A stretch of DNA of 64,000 nt from Promethearchaeota archaeon (GTDB lineage: Archaea > Asgardarchaeota > Lokiarchaeia > Sigyniarchaeales > SOKP01), in the NCBI GenBank assembly GCA_016839765.1, contig JAEOTP010000016.1, forward strand, positions 32,001 to 96,000, given 5' to 3'. This document shows positions 10,171-20,280 of the stretch, one piece after another. The notes under the pieces were generated by a model. It saw nothing but the letters and a program-made list of their open reading frames with translations. It did not search any database and was not told where the DNA came from. The position numbers and the translations under genes are program-made. Within the stretch, counting starts at the first letter, position 1; every line of letters starts with the position of its first letter.

Positions 10171-11595
10171 ATGGCTAAAACTGGAATGGAAAGATTAAAA
10201 GAATTAGAGAAGGAAATATATAAGTGTATTCACTGTAAAGCATGTAGATTTGCTTATTCGGGAGAGCCCAGTAGAGAAGGGATAGGGGAATATACAGGTA
10301 AACAGGGTACAGTTCTTTATGAAGGAATGGTTGACGCATGTCCAGCTGGAATAGAATACGGTTGGGAAGCGTTTTGGAACGCCGGTAAAATTTGGATTGC
10401 TCGTTCAATTTTAAGCGGAGATTTAGATTTTTCTGATGAAGTAAGGGATGTTATAATGCCTTGTATTACTTGTGGACAATGCAGTGCTCAATGTGATAAT
10501 AAAATTCCAACTGTTGATATTATCGAATCATTACGAGCAGCATGTAATGAAGCGGGTATTCCAATGATAGAAAAGCATGAATTAGTGGATAGGCTTGTAA
10601 AGGAACTCAATAATCCTTACGGTGGAAAAGCTGCAGAACGCTTTAAATGGGCAAAAGATGCCGGATTAGAGAAATTTGTTGATAATAAAGAAGCAAAAAT
10701 TGGCTACTATGTAGGTTGTACTGCATCATACCGTCAAGTGGAAGTCGCAATAGCAACTGCGAAACTTTTTGAAATGTTGGGCATCAACTTTACTTTAGTT
10801 GGTGATGAGGTATGTTGTGGAAGTCCTTTCTTTAGAATAGGAGCTGTTGACACTGCACAAGAACTAATGAACAAAAATCTCGAGGCTTTTAAAGGTTTAG
10901 AAATGGTTTACTTCAGTTGTGCTGGATGTTATAGGACAATCACTTTAGATTATCCAAAATGGATGCCTGAGGGTTCCAAACTACCTTTCAAAACACAACA
11001 CGCATTTGAATTAGTCACTCGATTAATCCAACAAGAAAAAATCAAATTCAAGCCAAATAAAGAGTTAAAAGGAAAGATAGTTACCTATCACGACCCGTGC
11101 CATACTGGTCGTCATTTCGGAGTTGATTTTGAGCAAGAACTTATCAAACAAAGCAAGAATTTAATGTTCGATATGAGAAAAATCAAAGAGAAAATTGATA
11201 AATGGTTTGAAATTCCAAGAATTATTCTTAGAAAGCTTGAAGAGGATGTTGGAATCGAATTTAGAGAAATGTATCGTATAAAACTGAATAGTATGTGCTG
11301 TGGGGCAGGTGGTGGTGTCCGTGCTGGATATCCTGATTTCTCAATACGCACTGCTAGTTTACGATGTGATGAAGCAAATGCAGTAGAAGCAGATATTTTG
11401 ACAACCGAATGTCCTTTTTGCTGGAGGAATCTAACGGATGCTAATGAACTATACAATCATGGCATGAAAGTTATGGGTGTTTTACAAATGATTACTGAAT
11501 ATAATTTATTAGAAATCTTAGATAATCCGACTGAAAAAGATTTCTTGACCTCCTCTATAAGGGAACTTGAAGCAGATTCCGAAAAGAAGAAATAA
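10171..11595 (+). CDS. Fe-S protein with two CCG domains (HdrD/GlcF-like)
   Basis: CIHCKAC...CP and CITCGQCSAQC ferredoxin motifs; VCCG, SCAGC, YHDPCH, MCCG, ECPFC; AGGAGG RBS. Confidence 0.9.
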   Translation: MAKTGMERLKELEKEIYKCIHCKACRFAYSGEPSREGIGEYTGKQGTVLYEGMVDACPAGIEYGWEAFWNAGKIWIARSILSGDLDFSDEVRDVIMPCITCGQCSAQCDNKIPTVDIIESLRAACNEAGIPMIEKHELVDRLVKELNNPYGGKAAERFKWAKDAGLEKFVDNKEAKIGYYVGCTASYRQVEVAIATAKLFEMLGINFTLVGDEVCCGSPFFRIGAVDTAQELMNKNLEAFKGLEMVYFSCAGCYRTITLDYPKWMPEGSKLPFKTQHAFELVTRLIQQEKIKFKPNKELKGKIVTYHDPCHTGRHFGVDFEQELIKQSKNLMFDMRKIKEKIDKWFEIPRIILRKLEEDVGIEFREMYRIKLNSMCCGAGGGVRAGYPDFSIRTASLRCDEANAVEADILTTECPFCWRNLTDANELYNHGMKVMGVLQMITEYNLLEILDNPTEKDFLTSSIRELEADSEKKK

Positions 11596-11802
11596 GGAAC
11601 TTATTAACTACTAAACTATTTTTTTGTTTTTCTTATTTTTTATATATTGTCATTTACCTCAAATTTTTCAATTAATAATTGGACAATATTGGGAAAATAG
11701 CCAATATTTAAATTGATAGATTTTCTAGTGTTCTGTTAAGGTATAATTTAAATAATAATTTTAAAATATTATTAAAATAGGAATTCAATTTTGTGAAGGT
11801 TT

Positions 11803-13311
11803 ATGAAAAAGAAAAAAGCAATTGCGATTATTGCTGCTTTAGTTATTGTAGCGGGAGTAACTACTACGTTACTGCTGGTATTTCTATTTCCCAGTCCAGG
11901 AGTATATACAGGTCAAAGGAAAGCATTAATCTGCTGTAGTGCAAATGATTTTTTTGGTTCAGAACCTGAGGAACCATTTAATGATGGACATGATTCTAAT
12001 TTAAATAACATTATTAAAGATGAAGGGAATTGGTCATTTACTAATATAGAAAATTGTTTAGGACAACATACTATGCTTGAAGCTTATGAAGGGCCTCTAA
12101 ATGGCAGTTTGCTTATGAAAGCTATTATAGATGGACCATTCTCAGGGATTTTTTCTCTTAATTGGACACAATCTGGTTATACTCTTTATGAATATGCTTA
12201 TTATAATATTTCAGCCATGATTAAAATTATAGATACAGGAGGATTAATAGGTAAGGGGGCTCGAATTGGATTACAATGGCTGGATTCCGATGGAGATGTA
12301 ACTAGAACTGACTGGTCAAATTATATTAATAATACAAATTCAGAATGGGCATTTTTAAATTCTACAGGAGTTTGCAATAATGAAACAGGAAAAGAAATAA
12401 CGGAATTAAAACTTGTGTTATGTGTAAATTTCACATTATCTATTGCTTTAACAGATTATATTTTCTTTGATTACATCAAAATAGATAAGTGGGTTTTAGT
12501 AGATTTAGACAATCCTACTGATCCTGGTACTCCTCCTCCGCCTCCAGGCATAAATTCAGATGGATTCCCTGCTCAGGCATTACAAGTATATTGGATATTG
12601 AAAAATCATGGTTATACAGATGAAAATATCTTTTTGATGTTATATTATAAGGATGATGCAGATGGAATTATTGATATTAAGTTAGGTGGTAAACCAGATG
12701 ATTTAGTTGGTGCAGTTATTGATTTAGCTAATAACAGTGTAAATGCTACAAGTTTCAAACAAGAGTTAAATGTTTCTTATGCAGGTTCTTTTGCTTCCAC
12801 CATACAACCACAAGATTATCTAATTATATATATGTGTGATCATGGTTCAAATAAAATACCTGGTCAAGCTCCCAATGCTACATTCCATTTTGAAGCGGAT
12901 AATAGTTTTATTACAGAATTAGAATTTTATAATTTAGTTAAGCAAATAAATTGTCAGAGAATAATGATAAATGTAGATTGCTGTTTTAGTGGTAATTTTC
13001 TAAATCAAAATATTGTTGGTCAGAGCTGGTATGATATTGAAAATTGTATCATGGTTAGCGCTTCTTCGAATTTACTTGCTTGGTATTATATAAATAATAA
13101 AAATCTTGATGGATTTGCAGGTTCCTGGTTCTTTCATATGTTTTGGGATGCGTTAAATCAGTCTGCGACTATTTACGATGCTTTTAATCATGCCAATATC
13201 TGGCCTCCAGCTGCTCGTGGAATGCCATTATTTTTGATTCAGAATCCAATGTGGGATGATAATATGGGTATTAATAAAACATTAAGCTTCGATAGCGATC
13301 CTCCATTATAG
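11803..13311 (+). CDS. Membrane-anchored clan CD (caspase/legumain-like) cysteine peptidase with inserted beta-sandwich domain
   Basis: N-terminal KKKK plus hydrophobic anchor; catalytic dyad motifs YLIIYMCDHG and INVDCCFSG; late QNP motif. Confidence 0.75.
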   Translation: MKKKKAIAIIAALVIVAGVTTTLLLVFLFPSPGVYTGQRKALICCSANDFFGSEPEEPFNDGHDSNLNNIIKDEGNWSFTNIENCLGQHTMLEAYEGPLNGSLLMKAIIDGPFSGIFSLNWTQSGYTLYEYAYYNISAMIKIIDTGGLIGKGARIGLQWLDSDGDVTRTDWSNYINNTNSEWAFLNSTGVCNNETGKEITELKLVLCVNFTLSIALTDYIFFDYIKIDKWVLVDLDNPTDPGTPPPPPGINSDGFPAQALQVYWILKNHGYTDENIFLMLYYKDDADGIIDIKLGGKPDDLVGAVIDLANNSVNATSFKQELNVSYAGSFASTIQPQDYLIIYMCDHGSNKIPGQAPNATFHFEADNSFITELEFYNLVKQINCQRIMINVDCCFSGNFLNQNIVGQSWYDIENCIMVSASSNLLAWYYINNKNLDGFAGSWFFHMFWDALNQSATIYDAFNHANIWPPAARGMPLFLIQNPMWDDNMGINKTLSFDSDPPL

Positions 13312-13452
13312 AGAACTGTATATTTAATTTTTATTTTTTTTATCTTTTAGTCTATTTATTAATCATTTTTTGCTACAATTTAGTTCTATCAATGACAAAA
13401 AATAAATGTAAAAATTATCATTATAATTAAAAGGATTTATGGGGTTTTTTAT

Positions 13453-16400
13453 TTGTCAAACGTAGAAAAGAAAACTGCGTATCCGTATATTACGGAATTC
13501 AAAAGAGAACCTTTTGAATCGTTTGTACTAATAGATAGGAAAAAAATTGGGAGTTTCCATCTAAGTTATTATAATAAAATCATAAATCTTTATCAATCAA
13601 AAGTTAAAACGCTATTTAAAGAGCCTAGTTTAGACTTAGAGTATTTATATTGGTTTCTCTTATTAGGGAAATATCTGAAAGAGGATCTCACTACTCAAAA
13701 ACATGAGTTTTATGCTTTCATTAAAAATTGTGAAGTGGATATTTTAGAGAAGCATCAAATAAGTTTTAAATTAAATCCTCAATCTAAAGCTGTACCTGAT
13801 ATTTGGTCTTTATATTATGCCCTATCTAGTTTGCATATATTAGGATTGCTAGAAGAATATCTTCTCTCAAAAGGAAGTAATGATCTTGTAAGAAAAGTTA
13901 AAAATTTTATATATGAACATAAAAAAGGTGAAATTTTTCTCCACTGTCTTGATAAACAATGTGATATTCATAAAAAACCATTTTCTTCAAAGACTTTTTA
14001 TTATATCCTTGAAATTCTCACACTTATAGGTTCAGATGTTAGAGTATTTAAAGAACAATTCCGTATATATTTGAATAGCAGAAAAAAAATTCCTTCCATG
14101 CTATTCAAATATCTATCTCTTAAGTATTTAAATCTGGATTTAGAAGTAAAAGATAAAGAGCTTCAATATTTCCATCAATTTCAAAAATATGATGGTGGAT
14201 TTAACTTCTCTAACGGAGAAGGAAATATAGATGATACTTTTTGGATAATTTATACTTTTGATCATTTTTCATGGCTAATGGATTACAACCCTGCCAGAAT
14301 CTATTCATTCATCAACGAAAATATTCAAACACTTTTTGAAAGTAGTAATGAACAAGCTTCACTCATATTCCTTAATTTGTCCAAGGTCACAATACTTTTA
14401 TCTTTTATATGGAAAAAGTTTATTGGAGAGATTGAAAGGCTGATTTTTAAAGAAATAGAAAAAAATGGATTCGTAGATATTAAACACATAAAAACAGCTT
14501 TTGGATTAACCCATGGAATTGAAGAGATCATCCTATATATTAATTTAAGTTATAATTTTAAGCTAAAAATCATAAGTAATACATTAGAATTTAATAATTT
14601 TCTTATAACCCTCAATGATGGATTAAAAGTAATTGCGAATGAAATATGTAATCAGTTAAAGGAAAATAGCATAATATCTCTTTCTGACATTCTAAAGAAT
14701 TATAAATCATCTTATCATTTTGAATCATTGAAAATGAAAGAGGATATTATTCCTCTAATTAATGATATGATGGAAAAGAATTTTTTCAAGGGAAATATTC
14801 GAACTAAATCAAAATTTCTAGGAAAATCAAAATATTACTTTTACTTGGATTTTCTTCTAGATGATGTTATAACTTCTGACATGAAAATAAATACAGAGAA
14901 GGTATTAGAAGAAAAAGAAAAATTGGGTGATATTAAGAATGATATCTATAATATGACTTTAATTTTAAAAAATACCTCCACACAGATTAAAGAAGAAATT
15001 GAATCCTATTTACTTCTAGACGAAATCGACTATGCAAAAGAACGATTGAGATTTATTTTGAGAAATGCATTATTGGAAGCTGATTTTCTAAATGAAAATA
15101 TTGAAAATTCATTTAGTCAAGATATGAGATATATCAATATTCAAGCAGTATTAGCAACTGAAATTAATCAATGGAAAAAAGCATACTCTATAATGCAGAA
15201 GAAGCTAAATGCAGTTGAGAAATATTTAAAAGAAAAAATTTCCGAAAAAGAAGAATTAAAAAAATTTAATGTTATTTTAGATGAATTAAATAATAGAATT
15301 TTTGAAATTGGGGAATTTATTAAAAAAGAATTAGATTCATTTAGAAAATATTTTAGAGAGAAGCTTGAATCTGGTTTTATTAACGATAAATATAATTTAA
15401 TAATTGGTGAATTTAATAAAATCTCGAATTATGTAGAGAAGTATGATCATACAATTTATAAAATATCACAACAAATTACGATAAAAGAAGAGAAAGTTTT
15501 CAAGAAACATAAGGGAATTATCGATAATTGGGTTAACTTAAAAGAAGAATTTGAGTCGATCTTCAATTATTATGCTGAAGGATTTAAATTTTTCGAGCAA
15601 ACAATTGAAAAAATTGATGGAATTAATGATGAAACTGAAAAAGAAATATCTTATATAAAACAAAAAGCAGATGAAAAAATTTCTCAGAATCAATTCAAAG
15701 AAGCTTTTGAGATTATAAAAAAGGATTCTGAAAGCTTATTAAATCAAAAAATAAAGGAAATAAAGGATCTCAAAATAATTGTCTTAAATCAAATTAAAGC
15801 TAATCAAAAACTATTCCTTCTTTTTCAATATTTAAAAGAAAAATTGGATGTAATAGAAGAATCAATTATAAATTTGGTAGCAGAACAAGTTCAATCGCTA
15901 AAGGATGAAGTATTGGAAGAGAGAAATAGGGCTAAAATTGAAGATTTTGATAATTTTATATCTGAACAAATTCAGAGATTCAAGATTAGATTAAAATTTT
16001 ACAAAACTAAACTAAGTGAAGCAAAAAGTATAAAAATCAAGGATGTAATTGATGGCTTTGACAGAATAATCATAGAATTAGATGATAAGTATAAAATCTT
16101 CTTGAAAAAATTAAATAATTTAAAAACAATAATACAAAATTTTGATCAAAATTCGATTACAGTTATCCAATGGGAAAATTTTTATGATTATCTAACAACT
16201 GAGATTAATAATTTGAAAGAGAATCATGTTAATCAAATTATCATTAGTGAAATAGAGATCTGGTCTAAAGAGAAAAAAACTAATAAAGTAGATATAACAG
16301 AGCTTGCAAATAAATTAAATTTAAAATGCAAATCAGTAATACCTCTCATTAAAGAAATGATAGAATTCTCTAAAATTGAGGGTGATTTAAATGAAGAAAA

Positions 16401-17859
16401 GAAATCAATGATTGTTCATAATGATGATTATTATAAAAATAAGGAATTAAACACTTATATTGATACTAAGCTTTTGAAATTTCATCAAGAAAAAATTGGG
16501 AAGATTTTAGCACTCTATGATTCAGGAGTTAGAAATAAAAAATTAGCAGTTAATATACTAGAACTAGAGAATAGAATCAAAGAATATTCAGATTTAGAGA
16601 ACAAAATTAGAATTCAATATGAAGATAAAGTAAACCAACTTCAAATTATTGAAGAGAGAGAAGAAAATCTTAACACTAAAAAAGAACTAGAAAATATAAT
16701 AACAAATGGAAAGATGGCAATTCAAAAAATAAAAGCCAATTTAAATTTCTTTAATGAGTTCCAAATTTTTATTTCAGAAGAATATAATTTATTAACATTA
16801 GATTTTGTGAATAACCTTATCAAAGCTTTTGAAAATATCGAACATTTTGGTTCTTATGTAAAAGCTATTGAACATTTTGAATCTAAAAAAAGTAAATTTG
16901 ATGTTAAGGTAAAACATATTGAGGAAAAGATTAATGAAAAACTAAAAGGGTCACTAACTAAAAATTCTAGTTTCAAACGGCTCGAAACTGAAATAAGGGA
17001 GTTTTATGTCCTCAAAAAGAATGAATTTGGAGCTTTTTACAAAGCTAAATTGGATAAAATCAATGAAGATATTAATATATTGAAGGATGATACCTACCGA
17101 AGTGAATTATTAGACAAAATAAATAAAATAAAAATACGTTTAAGTCAATTATTAGGAACACTTCAGACTAGAGTTGAAGATTACATAGAATATAAAGAAT
17201 TTAAAAGAGCTCATGTGAAAGTACAAAAAAGAGAAAAGAAAATCGAGGTAGAAATTAGAGACGTTTCAAAAAACATAAAAAATTTAGTTAGAGAATATGA
17301 AAGAAAGTCAAAGAATTTCGAAACTAAGAATAGGTATTTACTAGATGATTTTGAGCAGTTTATTAAAGGTTTTCATGATTTAATGAATGAAAAAGTTAAA
17401 TCTCTAGATGAGATGATAATCAAATCATATGTTTCAATGGCGATTAAAGCTGTGGCAGACCAATATTTGACAATAAGCTTTTTACAGAACGAGTTAAAAA
17501 TAAAGAAACAGAAAATTCAAGAGCATTTAATTTCTTTAATAAGTTCAGGGAAATTAGAAGGAAAATATGATCCTCGTATTGGATTGTATTATGAAAATCC
17601 AGATCTATTAGATAAAGTAGATGAATCTGAACTAGAGGTTATGAAGAAAATGAATTTTAGATTTTATATGTTCTGGAGGCGCCTAAGGAGTTTTGCAAGC
17701 CAAAACTATAGTATATTTGCATTCCTAGCGGCAATTTTATCTATTACCCTCTCATTATTCAATTTTACCGGTCCAGCTATATTTATACTATTATTCGTTT
17801 TAGTAATAATACTTGCTTTATATCTATTAATTAAACGAAAAAAGCAAGAAAAAATCTGA
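13453..17859 (+). CDS. Large tail-anchored protein: degenerate prenyltransferase-like barrel, coiled coils, PCI-like winged helices, C-terminal TM hairpin
   Basis: DIWSLYYALSSL and QKYDGGF repeats; long K/E-rich helical region; VDITELANKL...KIEGDL and LTISFLQNEL...GKLEGKYD; hydrophobic C-terminus ending KRKKQEKI. Confidence 0.6.
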   Translation: MSNVEKKTAYPYITEFKREPFESFVLIDRKKIGSFHLSYYNKIINLYQSKVKTLFKEPSLDLEYLYWFLLLGKYLKEDLTTQKHEFYAFIKNCEVDILEKHQISFKLNPQSKAVPDIWSLYYALSSLHILGLLEEYLLSKGSNDLVRKVKNFIYEHKKGEIFLHCLDKQCDIHKKPFSSKTFYYILEILTLIGSDVRVFKEQFRIYLNSRKKIPSMLFKYLSLKYLNLDLEVKDKELQYFHQFQKYDGGFNFSNGEGNIDDTFWIIYTFDHFSWLMDYNPARIYSFINENIQTLFESSNEQASLIFLNLSKVTILLSFIWKKFIGEIERLIFKEIEKNGFVDIKHIKTAFGLTHGIEEIILYINLSYNFKLKIISNTLEFNNFLITLNDGLKVIANEICNQLKENSIISLSDILKNYKSSYHFESLKMKEDIIPLINDMMEKNFFKGNIRTKSKFLGKSKYYFYLDFLLDDVITSDMKINTEKVLEEKEKLGDIKNDIYNMTLILKNTSTQIKEEIESYLLLDEIDYAKERLRFILRNALLEADFLNENIENSFSQDMRYINIQAVLATEINQWKKAYSIMQKKLNAVEKYLKEKISEKEELKKFNVILDELNNRIFEIGEFIKKELDSFRKYFREKLESGFINDKYNLIIGEFNKISNYVEKYDHTIYKISQQITIKEEKVFKKHKGIIDNWVNLKEEFESIFNYYAEGFKFFEQTIEKIDGINDETEKEISYIKQKADEKISQNQFKEAFEIIKKDSESLLNQKIKEIKDLKIIVLNQIKANQKLFLLFQYLKEKLDVIEESIINLVAEQVQSLKDEVLEERNRAKIEDFDNFISEQIQRFKIRLKFYKTKLSEAKSIKIKDVIDGFDRIIIELDDKYKIFLKKLNNLKTIIQNFDQNSITVIQWENFYDYLTTEINNLKENHVNQIIISEIEIWSKEKKTNKVDITELANKLNLKCKSVIPLIKEMIEFSKIEGDLNEEKKSMIVHNDDYYKNKELNTYIDTKLLKFHQEKIGKILALYDSGVRNKKLAVNILELENRIKEYSDLENKIRIQYEDKVNQLQIIEEREENLNTKKELENIITNGKMAIQKIKANLNFFNEFQIFISEEYNLLTLDFVNNLIKAFENIEHFGSYVKAIEHFESKKSKFDVKVKHIEEKINEKLKGSLTKNSSFKRLETEIREFYVLKKNEFGAFYKAKLDKINEDINILKDDTYRSELLDKINKIKIRLSQLLGTLQTRVEDYIEYKEFKRAHVKVQKREKKIEVEIRDVSKNIKNLVREYERKSKNFETKNRYLLDDFEQFIKGFHDLMNEKVKSLDEMIIKSYVSMAIKAVADQYLTISFLQNELKIKKQKIQEHLISLISSGKLEGKYDPRIGLYYENPDLLDKVDESELEVMKKMNFRFYMFWRRLRSFASQNYSIFAFLAAILSITLSLFNFTGPAIFILLFVLVIILALYLLIKRKKQEKI

Positions 17860-17882
17860 TTTTCAAATTATATTGACTCTTC

Positions 17883-20036
17883 TTATTCACAATCGGAAAT
17901 TAATTGGACCATTTCAGCTTGTTTATTAATATAACCTAAATAACATGCTTGATTAAAATGTATATAAAATTTATCGTCATAGATCTCTTCTGCGCGGGCA
18001 AGATCCTGAAATGCTGAAAAGTTGAGTATTCCATTTTGCCCATAAATTTTTATTATATTTATGAGAGTTCTTATATTCTTATTTATACTATGATTTTTTT
18101 TCTTAAATTGATTAATTTTGCTTCCTTTTATTTTTAATAAAGATTTTTTTAATTTACCTTTATCTAATTTAATTAAATCATTGATATGTATTATTCCATA
18201 TTCTTTAAATTCTTGACATTCATTACTTTTAGCAAAATTGTCAATTTCTGTAATAATATCTTCAAGCGAACGATTAGCAAGAATTAATTTTTCTCTCTCT
18301 CTACGTTCTTTAAAATTTTTGATAAAATCTAAGTTATCAACATAAATTATTCTTTTTTGAAAATCAATTTCATGCCTTTCAAGATTTTTGCTTAATTCTA
18401 AAGTTGTGGGTTTTGAAAGAATATAATTCATTGTCTTTTCCTTTCGAGTGGCAACTTTATGAAAAGGCACATCTACAGTTCCTTCAGTAATAAGGATGTA
18501 GCATCTACCTGAAGATTTTCTTCCAGTTCTTCCTCTTCTTTGAATTAAACGAATTTCAGATGGAACGGGTTCATAGAAAATTATTGCATCTACATTTGGA
18601 ATATCAAGACCTTCTTCTGCCACACTAGTTGCGATTAATATATTGATTTCTCCCGATCTAAATTTATCAAGAATATCTAATTGCTTGTATTGAGAAAATC
18701 CAAAATCATTAAACTTAGATGCTTGACCAATAAATTTCTCTACTTTTAATTTTGTTTTAAATTGATTTGTGATTTTATTTTTTAGATACTCTGCCATTTC
18801 GCGAAATTGGGTGAAAATTAAGATTTTATGATTGTTGTATTCTTGAAATTCCTCTTGAATTATTGATATCACTTTTTCTATTTTAGGATGAGATAATTGC
18901 TCATCTGATGTATTTCCTAGCAGATTTTCTATGAATTTATAGTGTTCTGAATTAATAATTCTTTTTGCTGATAATATATCCTTATCTGACTTTGATTTTA
19001 TTCTTTCTAAGAACGATTTAAATAAGGAGTAATTTTGGGTTTCAAGTAAATCTTTACCATGAAGAAGACTAATACAACTAGAACAATAAGAATAAACGGT
19101 TTGAATGTTAAGCGCTTCTTCTCTAATTATATCAATAACCTTTGGGACTTGATAATATAATAAACTGATATAATCTTCCTCTGATAAGTCAGGTTCATAC
19201 CCGTTTTCATATCTTAATGATAAAGTTAAATCTCGAGCGATTCCTAGAAACTCTACTTTTGAATAATACTTTTTATTGGGGACAATTAATTTCCAATCGA
19301 AAAATAGTCTTAAATATCTCTCAAATAAGTTATACCAAATAGCACTAATTTCCAAAACCTTAATTGGAACATTTACAAACTCTAAAAAAGTATTAATATT
19401 ATAGATGTATTTTTTTACATCCCCGTCATCATAGGATTTGAAGATAACATTTTCAATGAATAGATTATCACATAATTGTTGGATGCATGAATAATCTTTA
19501 CCTGGAGATGCTGTTAATGCTAATATTAATGGATCTGAACATGTATTTATATATTCATTTGAAATGAAATTATAAGCATAATTGCCTTTAGTTCGATGTC
19601 CTTCATCAAAAATTAATAAAGAGATATGTTTTAGATTGTATCTACCTCTTTCAATATCATTTTTAATCACTTGAGGAGTAGAAATTATCACTTTTGAGTT
19701 ATTAAATAGAGTTATTCTTTTTTCTGGCTGAATTTTTCCTGTAAATGCAGTAATCTTTTCTATCTCAATATCTAAAAATTTTTGGCATGATGATTTATGT
19801 TGAGAAACTAATGGTCTAGTGGGAGCTAAAATTATTATTTTTGACTTTGGGTACTTTTCTAAAGATTTTGCGATGAGTAAAATGCCAATAATTGTCTTTC
19901 CTAAACCAGTTGGTAAAACAACCAGAGTATTTTTATTGGTACATCGTTTTACAATGTTCTCTTGATAGTGTCGATAAATTACTTTGTTCTCTTTCAAGAA
20001 AGATTCATTAAAATACTCCAGTTTTTGACTTTGCAT
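17883..20036 (-). CDS. Hef/FANCM/Mph1-like SF2 helicase
   Basis: LPTGLGKT, APTRPLV, DEGHR, LTASPG, TSVAEEGLDIP, IQRRGRTGR. Confidence 0.9.
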   Translation of the reverse strand: MQSQKLEYFNESFLKENKVIYRHYQENIVKRCTNKNTLVVLPTGLGKTIIGILLIAKSLEKYPKSKIIILAPTRPLVSQHKSSCQKFLDIEIEKITAFTGKIQPEKRITLFNNSKVIISTPQVIKNDIERGRYNLKHISLLIFDEGHRTKGNYAYNFISNEYINTCSDPLILALTASPGKDYSCIQQLCDNLFIENVIFKSYDDGDVKKYIYNINTFLEFVNVPIKVLEISAIWYNLFERYLRLFFDWKLIVPNKKYYSKVEFLGIARDLTLSLRYENGYEPDLSEEDYISLLYYQVPKVIDIIREEALNIQTVYSYCSSCISLLHGKDLLETQNYSLFKSFLERIKSKSDKDILSAKRIINSEHYKFIENLLGNTSDEQLSHPKIEKVISIIQEEFQEYNNHKILIFTQFREMAEYLKNKITNQFKTKLKVEKFIGQASKFNDFGFSQYKQLDILDKFRSGEINILIATSVAEEGLDIPNVDAIIFYEPVPSEIRLIQRRGRTGRKSSGRCYILITEGTVDVPFHKVATRKEKTMNYILSKPTTLELSKNLERHEIDFQKRIIYVDNLDFIKNFKERREREKLILANRSLEDIITEIDNFAKSNECQEFKEYGIIHINDLIKLDKGKLKKSLLKIKGSKINQFKKKNHSINKNIRTLINIIKIYGQNGILNFSAFQDLARAEEIYDDKFYIHFNQACYLGYINKQAEMVQLISDCE

Positions 20037-20159
20037 GTTAAGGAAAACTTTACATAATTCTATTTAAAAGAGACAACTCTGAAAGATTTTTATAAAATAG
20101 GGTAGAATATTATTTTAACCAATTGACATAATTTTTGAGAAAAATGACAGAAACTAGTT

Positions 20160-20179
20160 TTAACAAGTTAACTTGTTAA
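20160..20179. promoter_or_regulatory. Perfect 20-bp palindrome, candidate operator
   Basis: TTAACAAGTTAACTTGTTAA lies between the divergent helicase and MFS genes. Confidence 0.5.
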
Positions 20180-20280
20180 TTGAAATTACCATCCTAATTA
20201 TAGCTTTAAATAATATCTTCTCTAAATTATATTTAGAAATATTAGATATCTAATTTTAATTCAATAGAGTTTATAGAATC

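Noticed and set aside
11685-11708. Inverted repeat AATATTGG-N8-CCAATATT upstream of the peptidase
   Set aside because: Short and AT-rich, so it could arise by chance; no second copy noticed.
13453-17859. SMC/Rad50-like ATPase
   Set aside because: No Walker A/B, signature, hinge or hook motif; it has a C-terminal membrane anchor.
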